Shown in pieces: positions 38,172 to 48,199 of a stretch of DNA of 64,000 nucleotides. The stretch comes from Candidatus Binataceae bacterium (GTDB lineage Bacteria; Desulfobacterota; Binatia; Binatales; Binataceae): assembly GCA_041491005.1 (NCBI GenBank), contig JBGPUE010000005.1, positions 1,165-65,164 of the forward strand, read 5' to 3'. The notes under the pieces were generated by a model, which had not been told where the DNA came from, did not search any database, and saw only the letters and a list, made by a program, of their open reading frames with translations. Positions within the stretch are counted from its first letter, which is position 1, and every line of letters starts with the position of its first letter. Both the position numbers and the translations under genes were made by a program.

Positions 38172-39272
38172 ATGAGTTTACAATCCACTCTTCCCGCCGC
38201 CCGCCCCGCCGCCGGCGACAAGCGCCCGGCAGCCGAACCGCGCCTGCGCGGTATGGCGGTCGTCGGCCTGGGTTATTGGGGACCCAACTGGGTGCGCAAT
38301 CTGTCGCAGACGCGCAGTGCCCGGCGCCTGATCGCTTGCGATCTCTCCGAGGAGCGCCGCGAGCATATCAGCCGGCTTTACCCCAGCGTCGAAGTGACCT
38401 CGAGCTTCGACGACGTCTTGGAGGACTCCGACATCGAGGGCGTCATCGTCGCCACTCCGGTCAAGACGCACTACGAGATGGCGCGCAAATGCCTGCTGGC
38501 TGACAAGTCGGTGCTGGTCGAGAAGCCGCTGGCGACCTCGAGCGCCGAAGCCGCCGCGCTGGTGCACATCGCACGCGAGCGTGGCCGCGCACTGATGGTC
38601 GGACACACCTTCGAGTACAGCGCGCCGGTACTCAAGACTCGCGAGATCATCAATTCGGGCGAGCTTGGCGATGTCTTCTACATCAGTTCGATTCGCGCCA
38701 ACCTCGGCCTGTTCCAGCGCGACATCAACGTGGCGTGGGATCTCGCCACCCATGACATCTCGATCATCCTGATGCTGCTGGGGCGGCTGCCGGAAGCGGT
38801 TAGCTGCCAGGGCCAGAGCCATTACAATCCGGCGGTTGAAGACGTCGCGCTGCTGACCCTGCATTTCTCCCGCAACGTGATGGCCTTCATCCACGTCAGC
38901 TGGCTGGATCCCAACAAGATCCGGCGCACCACCATCGTGGGGTCCAAGAAGATGCTGGTGTACGACGATACCGCTCCGCAGGAAAAGATCCGCGTCTACG
39001 ACAAGGGCGTGGCGGTCAGCCGCTACTACGACACCTTCGGCGACTTTCAGTTCTCCTATCGCTACGGCGACATTTACATTCCCCGCATCGAGGAGTCTGA
39101 GCCGCTTAAGTTGGAGTGCGAACACTTCGTCGATTGCATCAAGACCGGGGCCACGCCGAACACCGACGGGCTCAATGGCCTGCGCGTGGTGAGCGTGCTC
39201 GAAGCGGCCGGCGCCTCGCTGCGCAACGGCGGCGGGCCGGTGCCGATCAACAGCATGGCGAGGATGGACTGA
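38172..39272 (+). CDS. Gfo/Idh/MocA-family NAD-dependent sugar oxidoreductase (WbpB/WlbA-like UDP-sugar 3-dehydrogenase)
   Basis: It has a Rossmann N-terminus GMAVVGLGYWGPNWVRN and an EKP motif (LVEKPLA), consistent with the GFO_IDH_MocA family. Confidence 0.8.
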   Translation: MSLQSTLPAARPAAGDKRPAAEPRLRGMAVVGLGYWGPNWVRNLSQTRSARRLIACDLSEERREHISRLYPSVEVTSSFDDVLEDSDIEGVIVATPVKTHYEMARKCLLADKSVLVEKPLATSSAEAAALVHIARERGRALMVGHTFEYSAPVLKTREIINSGELGDVFYISSIRANLGLFQRDINVAWDLATHDISIILMLLGRLPEAVSCQGQSHYNPAVEDVALLTLHFSRNVMAFIHVSWLDPNKIRRTTIVGSKKMLVYDDTAPQEKIRVYDKGVAVSRYYDTFGDFQFSYRYGDIYIPRIEESEPLKLECEHFVDCIKTGATPNTDGLNGLRVVSVLEAAGASLRNGGGPVPINSMARMD

Positions 39273-39273
39273 G

Positions 39274-39789
39274 ATGGCCAAGCGCGAGCTTCCGCCCAAC
39301 GTCTGCGTCGCCGACGACGTCCGGCTCGGCGAGCGAGTCCGGCTGGCCGCGTTCGTAAATCTATACGGATGCGAAATCGGCGACGATTCGCGCGTCGGCG
39401 CATTCGTCGAGGTACAGCGCGGCGCGCGCATTGGCAGCCGCTGCAAGATTTCGAGCCATACCTTCATCTGCTCGGGCGTCGAAATCGAGGACGAAGTTTT
39501 CATTGGTCACGGCGTGGTCTTCATTAACGATCGCCGCCCGCGCGCTACCCGTCCCGACGGTGCGGCGCAGACCGAGAGCGATTGGGCGATGGAGCGCACC
39601 ATGGTGCGCCGGCGCGCGTCGATCGGCTCGGGCGCGATCGTCATGTGCGGCGTTGAAATCGGTGAAGGAGCGCTCGTCGGCGCGGGTGCGCTCGTCACGC
39701 GCGACGTGCCGCCCTACAGCGTGGTGGTCGGCTCGCCGGCCCGCGTCCGCGAACGACTCAAACTAACCACTAGTCAGGAGCTTCAATGA
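39274..39789 (+). CDS. Hexapeptide-repeat (left-handed beta-helix) N-acetyltransferase (WbpD/WlbB-like)
   Basis: Tandem [LIV]-G-x-x-x-x hexapeptides are present throughout (IGDDSRVGAFVEVQRGARIGSRCKISSHTFI...). Its size of 171 aa fits. Confidence 0.8.
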   Translation: MAKRELPPNVCVADDVRLGERVRLAAFVNLYGCEIGDDSRVGAFVEVQRGARIGSRCKISSHTFICSGVEIEDEVFIGHGVVFINDRRPRATRPDGAAQTESDWAMERTMVRRRASIGSGAIVMCGVEIGEGALVGAGALVTRDVPPYSVVVGSPARVRERLKLTTSQELQ

Positions 39790-40934
39790 TCAAGTTCGTA
39801 GATCTGGCGGCCCAAAACCTGGAAATCCGTGAGCGCGTCGAACGCGAGTTCGCCGCGATCCACGAAAAGACCGCCTATATTGGCGGACCTCAGGTCGCCT
39901 CCTTCGAGCACGAGTTCGCCGACTTTCTCGGCGCGCGCCGGGTGGTGGGCGTGGGTAGCGGCACCGACGCGCTCAGGCTGGTGTTGCTCGCGATGGGCGT
40001 CGGCCCGGGCGATGAAGTGATCACGACGCCGATGACCTTTATCGCGACTGCGGAGGCGATCGTGCAGGTCGGCGCGCTTCCGGTCTTCGCCGACATCGAT
40101 CCGGTGAGCTACAACCTGAGCCCGGCCGCGGTGCAGAAGTATTTGAAGGCGCGCCGCTGGTCCGCCAAAAACGGCCCGCGCGTCCTGATGCCGGTGCATC
40201 TGTACGGCCTGCCCGCGGCGATGGACGCGATGCGCGAGATCGCCGCGGCGCATCATCTACGAATCGTCGAGGATGCATGCCAGGCGCACGGCGCGCGCCT
40301 GCGCACCGCGCAAGGCTGGGTCAAAGCTGGCACCGTCAGTGAGGCCGGATGCTTCAGCTTCTATCCGGGCAAGAACCTGGGCGCCTGGGGCGAAGCCGGC
40401 GCGGTCGCGACCAACGATGAAGACCTCGCCAATCGCGTCGCCGTGCTGCGCGACCACGGTCGCATGTCGCATTACGGGCACCGCGACTATGGCTACAACG
40501 CGCGTCTGGACGCCGTGCAGGCGGCGGTACTGCGCGCCAAGCTCGAACGCTTGGCGGACTGGAACGCGCGCCGGCGCACGATTGCGTCGATGTACCGCGA
40601 GCTGCTCGCGGACAGCGGCGTCGATGTCCCGATCGAGCCTGAGGGCTACGAGTCCTGCTACCACCTGTTCGTGATCCGCACACCCGGGCGCGACGTGATT
40701 CGCGAAGCGCTGACTAGGGCGGGCATCGAAAGCGGAGTGCATTACCCAGTGCCGCTTCATATGCAGCCAGCATGCGCCCAGCTTGGCTATCGGCCGGGCG
40801 ATTTCCCCAACGCTGAACGGCTGGCCGCGACCGCGCTTTCGCTCCCGATGCATCCGCATCTGAGCGATGAGCAGGTCGTCCAAATTGCCGCAGTCGTCCG
40901 CGAGGCCGCCAAAGAGGCGCGCGCCGCGGCTTGA
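39786..40934 (+). CDS. DegT/DnrJ/EryC1/StrS-family PLP-dependent sugar aminotransferase (WbpE/WlbC-like)
   Basis: It has GSGTDALRLVL, an FYPGKNLGAWGEAGAV region with the PLP lysine, and HYPVPLHMQPA. There is a 4-bp overlap with the upstream gene. Confidence 0.85.
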   Translation: MIKFVDLAAQNLEIRERVEREFAAIHEKTAYIGGPQVASFEHEFADFLGARRVVGVGSGTDALRLVLLAMGVGPGDEVITTPMTFIATAEAIVQVGALPVFADIDPVSYNLSPAAVQKYLKARRWSAKNGPRVLMPVHLYGLPAAMDAMREIAAAHHLRIVEDACQAHGARLRTAQGWVKAGTVSEAGCFSFYPGKNLGAWGEAGAVATNDEDLANRVAVLRDHGRMSHYGHRDYGYNARLDAVQAAVLRAKLERLADWNARRRTIASMYRELLADSGVDVPIEPEGYESCYHLFVIRTPGRDVIREALTRAGIESGVHYPVPLHMQPACAQLGYRPGDFPNAERLAATALSLPMHPHLSDEQVVQIAAVVREAAKEARAAA

Positions 40935-40947
40935 GCGGCGCCGAACG

Positions 40948-42384
40948 ATGTTTGCCGGAGAAATAAGAAAGCGCAAGGCGCTGTATGCCGTGGTGGACGC
41001 GCTCGCCCTGATGGTCGCGTTCGCGGGTGCGCTGGCGCTCCACGATCCCGAGGGCGCGCTGGTCAACCGGATGGCAGCCGCGAGTCCGCTATTGCTGCTG
41101 GTTGGCGCGATGGCGCTGGCATTTGCGTGGGTGCTGGTTTTTCACGCCTTCGATCTCTACCGCTTCCGCAACGGCGGTCTGGACGAGAACATCGCGGTGG
41201 CCAAGGCCTGCACCGTCGCCTTCGCGCTGTCGCTGGGATTGGAGTTCTTCGCCCATCTGGATCTATCGCGGCTGAGCCTTCTGAGCGGCTACCTGATGAG
41301 CGTGCCGTTCGTAATGATCGGACGGGCAGCGCTTCGCCGCGCAATCCGGCGCCTGTACGCGGATCCCAAGATCACCATCCCGCTGGTGATCGTCGGCTTC
41401 AATCCGATCGGGCAGTACTTGTGCGATCAGATTCTGGACGATCTCAACCAGTACGAGTTCCTGGGCTTTGTCGATGACGGTGAGCTCGATCGCGCCTACC
41501 GCGGTTATGGCGTGCTGGGCACAATTGATCAGCTGGGCGGCATCGCCGCAGAGCAACCGTCGGTTGAGGCAGCTATCGCGCTGCCCGACGCCCCCCTCGA
41601 ACGCCATCAGCAGGTGATCGCGCTGTGCGAGCAGCATCGCATCCAGTGGCGCCTGGTACCGTGGCTGTTCCGTTCGCTGTCAGCCGGCTTCAAGGTCGAC
41701 ATGGCGGGCATCATCCCCTTGATCGGGCCGCGCAGCTGCAACATCGAGGGACTCAACTACGTCATCAAACGCGGCTTCGATATCACGATCGCGTCGATGG
41801 TGCTGATCCTGGCGGCGCCCCTGATGCTGCTGGCAGCGTTGCTGATCTGGATCACGGATGGACGGCCGATCCTGTTCCGCCAGAAGCGGGTGGGGCTGCA
41901 TGGCCGCTCCTTCGAATTCCTGAAGTTTCGCACGATGCACAACGACGCCGGTGACCAGGTGCATCGCGAGTACGTCAAGGACTGGATCCAGAAGAACGGT
42001 TCATCCGCGCAAACTAACGGCAACGGCGAGAAGGTCTTCAAGCTCACTTGCGATCCGCGCATCACGCCGCTGGGCCGCTGGCTGCGCCGCTTCAGCATCG
42101 ACGAGCTGCCGCAGATCATCAACGTGCTGCGCGGCGAGATGAGCCTGATCGGTCCGCGCCCGGCGCTGCCCTACGAGCTGGAGCTCTATCGGGATTGGCA
42201 CCGGCGCCGGCTTGACGCCCCGCCGGGTATCACGGGCCTGTGGCAGGTCGGGGGCCGCAATCAGCTCGGCTTCGACGATATGGTCCGGCTCGATATCGAA
42301 TACCTCGAAGGATGGACGCTGGCAGGCGACCTGCGCATCCTCGCGCGGACTCTGCCCGCGCTCTTCCATGGAAGAGGCTATTGA
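40948..42384 (+). CDS. Undecaprenyl-phosphate sugar-1-phosphate transferase (WbaP/EpsB-like priming glycosyltransferase)
   Basis: It has N-terminal TMs, a central CoA-binding-like region and the C-terminal bacterial sugar transferase domain (KRGFDITIASMVLILAAPLMLLAALLIWITDGRPILFRQKRVGLHGRSFEFLKFRTM ... LIGPRPALPYE). Confidence 0.85.
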   Translation: MFAGEIRKRKALYAVVDALALMVAFAGALALHDPEGALVNRMAAASPLLLLVGAMALAFAWVLVFHAFDLYRFRNGGLDENIAVAKACTVAFALSLGLEFFAHLDLSRLSLLSGYLMSVPFVMIGRAALRRAIRRLYADPKITIPLVIVGFNPIGQYLCDQILDDLNQYEFLGFVDDGELDRAYRGYGVLGTIDQLGGIAAEQPSVEAAIALPDAPLERHQQVIALCEQHRIQWRLVPWLFRSLSAGFKVDMAGIIPLIGPRSCNIEGLNYVIKRGFDITIASMVLILAAPLMLLAALLIWITDGRPILFRQKRVGLHGRSFEFLKFRTMHNDAGDQVHREYVKDWIQKNGSSAQTNGNGEKVFKLTCDPRITPLGRWLRRFSIDELPQIINVLRGEMSLIGPRPALPYELELYRDWHRRRLDAPPGITGLWQVGGRNQLGFDDMVRLDIEYLEGWTLAGDLRILARTLPALFHGRGY

Positions 42385-42413
42385 ACACCGCGTCGAACAA
42401 TTCCACGCCCGGC

Positions 42414-43895
42414 ATGAAGGGCGAGCGTTCGCTGTGGTCGAGTTTCGCGCGCGGCGTACGCGACAACCTGCTGGCGGAATTCGGCGTCCAGGCCATCCGG
42501 CTGGGCGGATTCGTGCTGCTCGCGCGCGCGCTGGACCCGTCTGACTTCGGATTGTTCCGCGCGCTGCTCGCGGTCACTGCGATTTGGGCCTTGGCCAGCG
42601 AAGCAGGCATCCCCGATGCGCTCATCCAGCGCGAGGATCTGACTGAGCGCCACGAATCGACCGCCTGGTGGATGAGCATCGGCTTGGCCCTGTTTTCCGC
42701 GTCTACGCTCTACGCCTGCGCGCCGCTTGTCGCGCGGCTGATGCAGATGCCGTCGCTGACCTGGTCGCTGCGCCTGCTGAGTATCCCGCTCTTCATGGAA
42801 GGTACATCCGCCGTCGCCAATGGCCTGCTGAGGCGGCGGCTGGAGTTCGGCGCACTGGCGAAGGCGGATGTATTCGCCGAGATCGGATTCCTGGCTTGCG
42901 CGATGGCGCTGCTCGAATTCGGTATGCCGCGATGGGCGCTGCCGGCCGCACTGGCCTTACGCTTCACAATCCATGCGCTGGCTGTCTGGATCGCGGCGCG
43001 CTACGTGCCGCGCTCGGCGCCGCAACTGGCCGCGGCGCGCGATCTCGGCAACTTCTCGATGCGCGTGTTGGGCGGGCGCATCCTCGCCACCGCATCCGCC
43101 AACGCCGACTATCTAATGGTCGGGCGGCTGCTCGGCAGCCAGGCGCTGGGCTTTTACGGGATGGCCTGGGACCTGCTGCGCTTCATCCCGGATCGACTGC
43201 ACAAGGTCGCTGGCCGCGTGGCGCTGCCGGCCTTCTGCCGCATCGCGGATCGCAACGAAGAGCTGGCGCAGGCGTTTCGTGATTTCATCTCGTACATCAG
43301 CCGTATCGTGCTTCCAATCGTCGTATGCGCGGCGGTCGCGGCACCCGAAATTATCGGCGGGATCTACGGCCAGAAGTGGGTTGGCGCGGCGATGCCGCTG
43401 CGGCTGCTCTCAATCGGGCTCGCGCTAGGCGGACTTCGCTTCCCGATCGGCGCCATCTTCTATGCGAAGAACCGTCCGGAATTCGATATCTATCTGCACA
43501 GCATGCGGCTGGCCCTGATCGTTACGACGATCAGTCTGGTCGCGGGCGCCGGACTGTATGGCGTCAGCGCGGGCATGAGCGCGGTCGAGACGGTGGTCAG
43601 CTTCGGCGGATTCTGGCTGGCATGCGCCCCAATCGGGCTCGGCCTCCTGAGCCTCGCGGCCGCATGCATGCCGGGCCTCAACGTCGCGCTGTGGTGCGGG
43701 CTGGCGACTGCCATTGGACGCGCGATCGTGATGGCGGCGGGAATTAGCGGTGCGGCCGCACTGCCGGTGATCATAGCCCCACCCGCGCTGGTCTTCTGCT
43801 GGCTCCAGCTAGGCACCGCACGGCAACTGGCCACGATGGCCTTCAGGCCCAAGAGCATCGATCTGACCGCCAACGTGGCGGGAGGGCAGGCATAA
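42414..43895 (+). CDS. Wzx-like polysaccharide flippase (MOP superfamily)
   Basis: It has about 12-14 TM helices and a polysaccharide-biosynthesis-protein-like N-terminus (GVRDNLLAEFGVQAIRLGGFVLLARAL). The start is chosen at the first ATG after the upstream stop. Confidence 0.7.
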   Translation: MKGERSLWSSFARGVRDNLLAEFGVQAIRLGGFVLLARALDPSDFGLFRALLAVTAIWALASEAGIPDALIQREDLTERHESTAWWMSIGLALFSASTLYACAPLVARLMQMPSLTWSLRLLSIPLFMEGTSAVANGLLRRRLEFGALAKADVFAEIGFLACAMALLEFGMPRWALPAALALRFTIHALAVWIAARYVPRSAPQLAAARDLGNFSMRVLGGRILATASANADYLMVGRLLGSQALGFYGMAWDLLRFIPDRLHKVAGRVALPAFCRIADRNEELAQAFRDFISYISRIVLPIVVCAAVAAPEIIGGIYGQKWVGAAMPLRLLSIGLALGGLRFPIGAIFYAKNRPEFDIYLHSMRLALIVTTISLVAGAGLYGVSAGMSAVETVVSFGGFWLACAPIGLGLLSLAAACMPGLNVALWCGLATAIGRAIVMAAGISGAAALPVIIAPPALVFCWLQLGTARQLATMAFRPKSIDLTANVAGGQA

Positions 43896-43897
43896 TT

Positions 43898-44962
43898 ATG
43901 GGCGCCCCCGCGCATAACATCGCCCACGTGGACGCAGCTGAGATGGAGCTTCAGTTCCGGCCCTATAGCGAAGCGCGCGAGTCATGGCGGGAACTGGCCG
44001 CGAGTACGCGCGGCGCGACGCTGTTCCATCGCGAACCCTGGCTTGAACTGCTGAGCGAGACTCAGGGCGTAAAGCTGTTCGTCGCCTCCGTAGGTCAGGG
44101 CGATCATCAAGCCGCGTGTCTGTTCGGCCGCTCTCATTCGCGCTTCTCGCGCCGGTTGGTGGCTTTACCATCGTCGGATTCATGCGAGCCGCTGGCGACC
44201 GATGCCGAGGCCGCGGCGGCGCTGCTCGACGCGCTGGTGCGAAGCGAATACGCCCGCGACGGGCTGGAGATCCGCGGCGTGGCGGCGCCGGCGCCATGGC
44301 GGCTGGTGGAATGCTTTGCGGACTGGTCAATCGACTTCACGCGCCCATACTCGATGATCGAGCGCGATACCGCAGAGAACTACCGTCGCCAGCTCAAGCG
44401 GGCGCGGCGAGCGGGCTTCAGCATCGATTGCGGTCGCAGCATCGACTACCTCGAGCGGTTCTATTCACTGCAGCTGCAAACGCGCCGCCGGCTGGGTGTA
44501 CCGCCGCAGCCGCTGGAGTTCTACCGGCAGGTTCACCGGGTGTTCCGGGCCCATGGTGCGATCGAGATTTGGATCGCGTCGCAGGGCGGCCGCGATGAGG
44601 CGGCGCTGGTACTGCTGCGCGACGGCTACGAGCTGCATTACAAATGGGGCGCGCGCCGCGATGACATGAGTCAGGGCGCCAACCACGTTCTCTTCGCCAG
44701 CGTCTTCGAGCATTACGCGGGCAAAATCTGCCGGCTCAACCTTGGCCGTGCCGACACGCGCAACCAGGGCCTGAGCCGCTTTAAGCGCGAACTGGGCGGC
44801 CGCTCGCGCTCGATCCCTTACGCCTTCTATCCCAAGGCACCGGCCAACATTAGCGCCGAAGTGCTCAGCGGCCCGCGCAAGATGGTCTCGCAGCTATGGT
44901 GTCATTTGCCGCTGGGCGCCACGCGCGTGCTCGGCGCGATCGCATACCGGTTGCTGGCATGA
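43898..44962 (+). CDS. FemAB-like / BioF2-like acyltransferase (resembles the PEP-CTERM-system-associated FemAB family)
   Basis: It is 354 aa with the layout FHREPWLELL...LFVASVGQGDHQAACLFGRSH ... LHYKWGARRDDMSQGANHVLFASVFEHYAGKICRLNLG, consistent with the GNAT-like Acetyltransf_6 fold of FemAB relatives. Confidence 0.55.
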   Translation: MGAPAHNIAHVDAAEMELQFRPYSEARESWRELAASTRGATLFHREPWLELLSETQGVKLFVASVGQGDHQAACLFGRSHSRFSRRLVALPSSDSCEPLATDAEAAAALLDALVRSEYARDGLEIRGVAAPAPWRLVECFADWSIDFTRPYSMIERDTAENYRRQLKRARRAGFSIDCGRSIDYLERFYSLQLQTRRRLGVPPQPLEFYRQVHRVFRAHGAIEIWIASQGGRDEAALVLLRDGYELHYKWGARRDDMSQGANHVLFASVFEHYAGKICRLNLGRADTRNQGLSRFKRELGGRSRSIPYAFYPKAPANISAEVLSGPRKMVSQLWCHLPLGATRVLGAIAYRLLA

Positions 44963-45816
44963 GGAAGTATCTCGCCATCACACCGGCCCGCGATGAGCAG
45001 GCGCTGCTGCCCAACCTGATCGCCTGCATGGTGAGTCAGACGGTGCGGCCCGAGCGCTGGATTGTCATCGACGATGGGTCGGGCGACGCCACCGGCGAGA
45101 TCATCGATCAGGCCGCCGCCCAGCATCCCTGGATCGAGGCGCATCACGTTCCACGCGGCAAGCCGCGCGCCCCAGGCGGCGAGTCGGTTTTGATGAACTA
45201 TCTGCCCGCCGAGCTGTGGGGACGGTTCGACTTCATCCTGCGGCTCGACGCGGACCTCACCTTTGGCCCCGAGTATGTCGATCATCTGATGCGGGAGTTC
45301 GCGCGCGATCCCAAACTCGGTATCACGGGCGGAACGCTCTTCGAGCCGGCCGGCAATCATTGGCGCGAGGTGCGCCAGCCGGCTTTTCACGTACGCGGCG
45401 CGACCAAGATGTACTCGCGTGCCTGTTTCGGCGCGATCGGAGGACTGGAAGCGGCGCTGGGCTGGGACACTATCGATGAAGCTCGCGCGATGATGCTCGG
45501 CTTTCGCAGCCGCAGCTTCCGGCATATTCGCGCTTTTCATCACCGGCCTGCGGGCAGCGCGGCCGGCCGATGGCGCGGTCATCTGGCGGCCGGCCGGGCC
45601 GCATTTTACGCTGGCTACTCGCCGGTCTACATGATGGCGCGTGCACTCAAGCGAGCGACGGAGCCGCCGTGGGTAACTAGCGGTGTGTTGCTGCTGGTGG
45701 GGTACTTCGAAGGATATTTGCGCCGGCGGCAGATGGTGGACGACCCGAAGTTGGTGAAATTCGTGCGGCGGCAGCAACTGCGCCGGCTGGCCAAGATGGA
45801 CTCGGTATGGCGCTAG
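44959..45816 (+). CDS. Family 2 glycosyltransferase
   Basis: It has the N-terminus LAITPARDEQALLPNLIACMVSQTVRPERWIVIDDGSGDATGEII (GT-A fold with DxD-like DDGS) and a 4-bp ATGA overlap with the upstream gene. Confidence 0.75.
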   Translation: MRKYLAITPARDEQALLPNLIACMVSQTVRPERWIVIDDGSGDATGEIIDQAAAQHPWIEAHHVPRGKPRAPGGESVLMNYLPAELWGRFDFILRLDADLTFGPEYVDHLMREFARDPKLGITGGTLFEPAGNHWREVRQPAFHVRGATKMYSRACFGAIGGLEAALGWDTIDEARAMMLGFRSRSFRHIRAFHHRPAGSAAGRWRGHLAAGRAAFYAGYSPVYMMARALKRATEPPWVTSGVLLLVGYFEGYLRRRQMVDDPKLVKFVRRQQLRRLAKMDSVWR

Positions 45817-47027
45817 CCGCAACCAACTCCATGGCAAGCAGGCCGCAGCCTGCAGGCTCCAATCCGGACTGGAGCAACGACGCATTTACGTTCTGGAAGT
45901 TGCCCACCCACTCCCGGGAGGCGCTCGAGCCATCGATCGTGGCCTCGGTGGCGATCGCTGAATGGCACATGTTCGAACGCTATCTGCCCGAGCGCGATCG
46001 CCATCAGCACTCGGTGCTGCGCGCCTACTACCTGCTCAAACGCTTCGTGCCGCTATGGCTGCGGCATGCGGGCAACTCTCTGATGGCTCGTTCGCGCCGC
46101 GTCGATTTTCCGGCTTGGCCACGGGAAACCTCGCTGATGGATTTCTGGACCGAATGGTTGGAGCAGAGCCTGATCGCGATGAAAGTCACCGAAGGCTGGC
46201 ACATCGGGTTCTGGCCCGAGGGCCGCGACTGCTGTATCGCGCTCACCCACGACGTCGAGAGTCCGTCCGGATTCGCCCGCATGGAGCGGATGGCCGAGAT
46301 GGAAGCGCATTACGGTTTCCGTTCGGCTTGGAACCTGCCGCTGGATCAGTACCCGATCGACTGGAAGATCGTCGAGCGTCTGCGTGCGCGTGGGTTCGAA
46401 TTCGGCGCGCATGGGCTCAACCACGACGGGCGCCTGTTCCGCTCGCGCGAGGACTTCCAGGAGCTGGCGCCGCGCGTGGAGCGGCTTGCGCGCGAGCACG
46501 GGTTGCGCGGCTTCCGCTCGCCCTCGACGCTGCGCAACGTCGAGTGGATACCGACGATGGATTTCGACTACGACGGCAGCTTTTCGGACACCGATCCGTA
46601 CGAGCCTCAGCCGGGCGGCACCTGCAGCATCTTCCCGTTCTTCCTGGGCGCGATGGTCGAGCTGCCCTACACGCTGGCGCAGGATCATACCCTGACGACC
46701 CTGCTCCATCGCTGCGCGATCGACGTGTGGCGCGCAAAGGCCGACTGGATCGCTTCGCTGGGCGGGATGATCCTGACGCTGGTGCATCCCGACTACTCAG
46801 GCGCGGGCGCCGGCCTGCGCGAATACGAGGACCTACTCAAGCATCTGAGCCGCATCCGCTCGGCGTGGCGCGCCTTGCCAGGCGAAGTCGCGGCATGGTG
46901 GCGGCGGCGGGCGCTGATGGAACTCAGCATCGAGGCCGGGCGTCCGGTGATAACAGGCCCCGATATCGCCGGAGGTGTCGCCCGGCGATTGGCGAGCGAA
47001 CCGCTGGCTCATCGCAGGTCGACGTAG
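45807..47027 (+). CDS. Polysaccharide deacetylase-like protein (CE4-related, D-V-E variant motif)
   Basis: The segment CIALTHDVESPSGF is followed by GFEFGAHGLNHD, consistent with NodB-homology motifs where DVE replaces DD. The assignment is from motif recall, so moderate. Confidence 0.5.
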   Translation: MALAATNSMASRPQPAGSNPDWSNDAFTFWKLPTHSREALEPSIVASVAIAEWHMFERYLPERDRHQHSVLRAYYLLKRFVPLWLRHAGNSLMARSRRVDFPAWPRETSLMDFWTEWLEQSLIAMKVTEGWHIGFWPEGRDCCIALTHDVESPSGFARMERMAEMEAHYGFRSAWNLPLDQYPIDWKIVERLRARGFEFGAHGLNHDGRLFRSREDFQELAPRVERLAREHGLRGFRSPSTLRNVEWIPTMDFDYDGSFSDTDPYEPQPGGTCSIFPFFLGAMVELPYTLAQDHTLTTLLHRCAIDVWRAKADWIASLGGMILTLVHPDYSGAGAGLREYEDLLKHLSRIRSAWRALPGEVAAWWRRRALMELSIEAGRPVITGPDIAGGVARRLASEPLAHRRST

Positions 47028-47029
47028 CT

Positions 47030-48199
47030 ATGGCGCGCTTCCTGATTGTCGCCTACACGCACTTCTACCGTGACGGGCGCGTCAAGCGTCACGCCGAAGC
47101 GCTCGCGCGCCGCGGCGACTCGGTCGACGTCATTTGCCTGGCGAGCGAGCTGCGTGGCGAGACGCTTCCAGGCGTCAATGTAATCGGGCTCGGCATCAAG
47201 CGTTACCGTGGCGGCAGCCGCCGCGCCTACATGAGCAGCTACGTGGGATTCTTCGCGAGCGCCGCAGCTCGCGCGACCCTCCTCTCGCTCAAGCATCGCT
47301 ACGATGTCGTGATCGTCTGCACGATGCCCGATGCCGCAGTGATCACCTCGATTGTGCCGCGTCTGATGGGCAGCAAGGTCGTGCTCGACGTGCATGACAC
47401 CATGCCTGAATTGTACCAGGACAAGTTCGGGGGAACGCGTGGCGCCGTCGGTGCGCGGCTGCTGATGTGGGAAGAGCGCGCTAGCGCCCTGCTGGCTCAT
47501 CGCGTGGTGGCAGTTCACGATCTGCACAAGCAGCGCCTCATCGAGGCTGGTATTCCAGCGGACAAGATCCGGGTCGTGATGAACCTGCCCGACGCGCGCA
47601 TCTTCAAACCATCATGCAATGGCGGGCCGCCGATCGAGGGGCCCTTCCAGCTGGTGTGCCACGGCACCATCGCCTACCGATTGGGGATCGATGTCGCGAT
47701 CCAGGCGATGGACCTGCTGCGTGAGCGGATTCCAAACGCCTGTCTCAAGATCATCGGCGATGGTGACTATCTGCCGCAGGCGAAAGAACTGGCGAATCGG
47801 CTGAAGCTGGGTTCGCGCGTTGAGTTCCAGCGTCCGGTGCCGGTGGAGGAGTTGCCCGCGATTCTTAAGGAGGCCTCGCTCGGCTTGGCGCCGAATCGGG
47901 CCAGCAGCGCGACGCATCTGATGTTGCCAGTCAAGGCAATGGAGTACGCCGTACTGGGAATTCCGGTCGTTGCCTCGCGGCTGCGAACGATAGAACATTA
48001 TTTCGGTAGTGCGGTCCGATACTTCACGCCGGGTGATGCGCGTGAACTCGCCGACGCGATCGAGGATCTGTATCGGCATCCCGAGGAACGTTCGCTGCTG
48101 GCTCGCCGCGCGAGCCTGATCGTGAGGGATTACGACTCGCAGGCGCGGCGCGAAGAGCATCTGAAGGCGATCGACCCTTTGATGAACGAGGAGGCATGA
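47030..48199 (+). CDS. Family 4 (GT-B, group 1) glycosyltransferase
   Basis: The N-terminal domain is MARFLIVAYTHFYRDGRVKRHAEALARRGDSVDVI. The C-terminal EX7E-type region is VVASRLRTIEHYFGSAVRYFTPGDARELADAIEDL. Confidence 0.8.
   Translation: MARFLIVAYTHFYRDGRVKRHAEALARRGDSVDVICLASELRGETLPGVNVIGLGIKRYRGGSRRAYMSSYVGFFASAAARATLLSLKHRYDVVIVCTMPDAAVITSIVPRLMGSKVVLDVHDTMPELYQDKFGGTRGAVGARLLMWEERASALLAHRVVAVHDLHKQRLIEAGIPADKIRVVMNLPDARIFKPSCNGGPPIEGPFQLVCHGTIAYRLGIDVAIQAMDLLRERIPNACLKIIGDGDYLPQAKELANRLKLGSRVEFQRPVPVEELPAILKEASLGLAPNRASSATHLMLPVKAMEYAVLGIPVVASRLRTIEHYFGSAVRYFTPGDARELADAIEDLYRHPEERSLLARRASLIVRDYDSQARREEHLKAIDPLMNEEA

Noticed and set aside
36182-39503. Long minus-strand ORFs 36182..37141 and 38178..39503 inside the EPS locus
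   Set aside because: They are antisense to the ExeA-like ATPase and the Gfo/Idh/MocA and acetyltransferase genes, which have clear motifs and operon-like spacing. The compositions are typical of spurious GC-rich frames.
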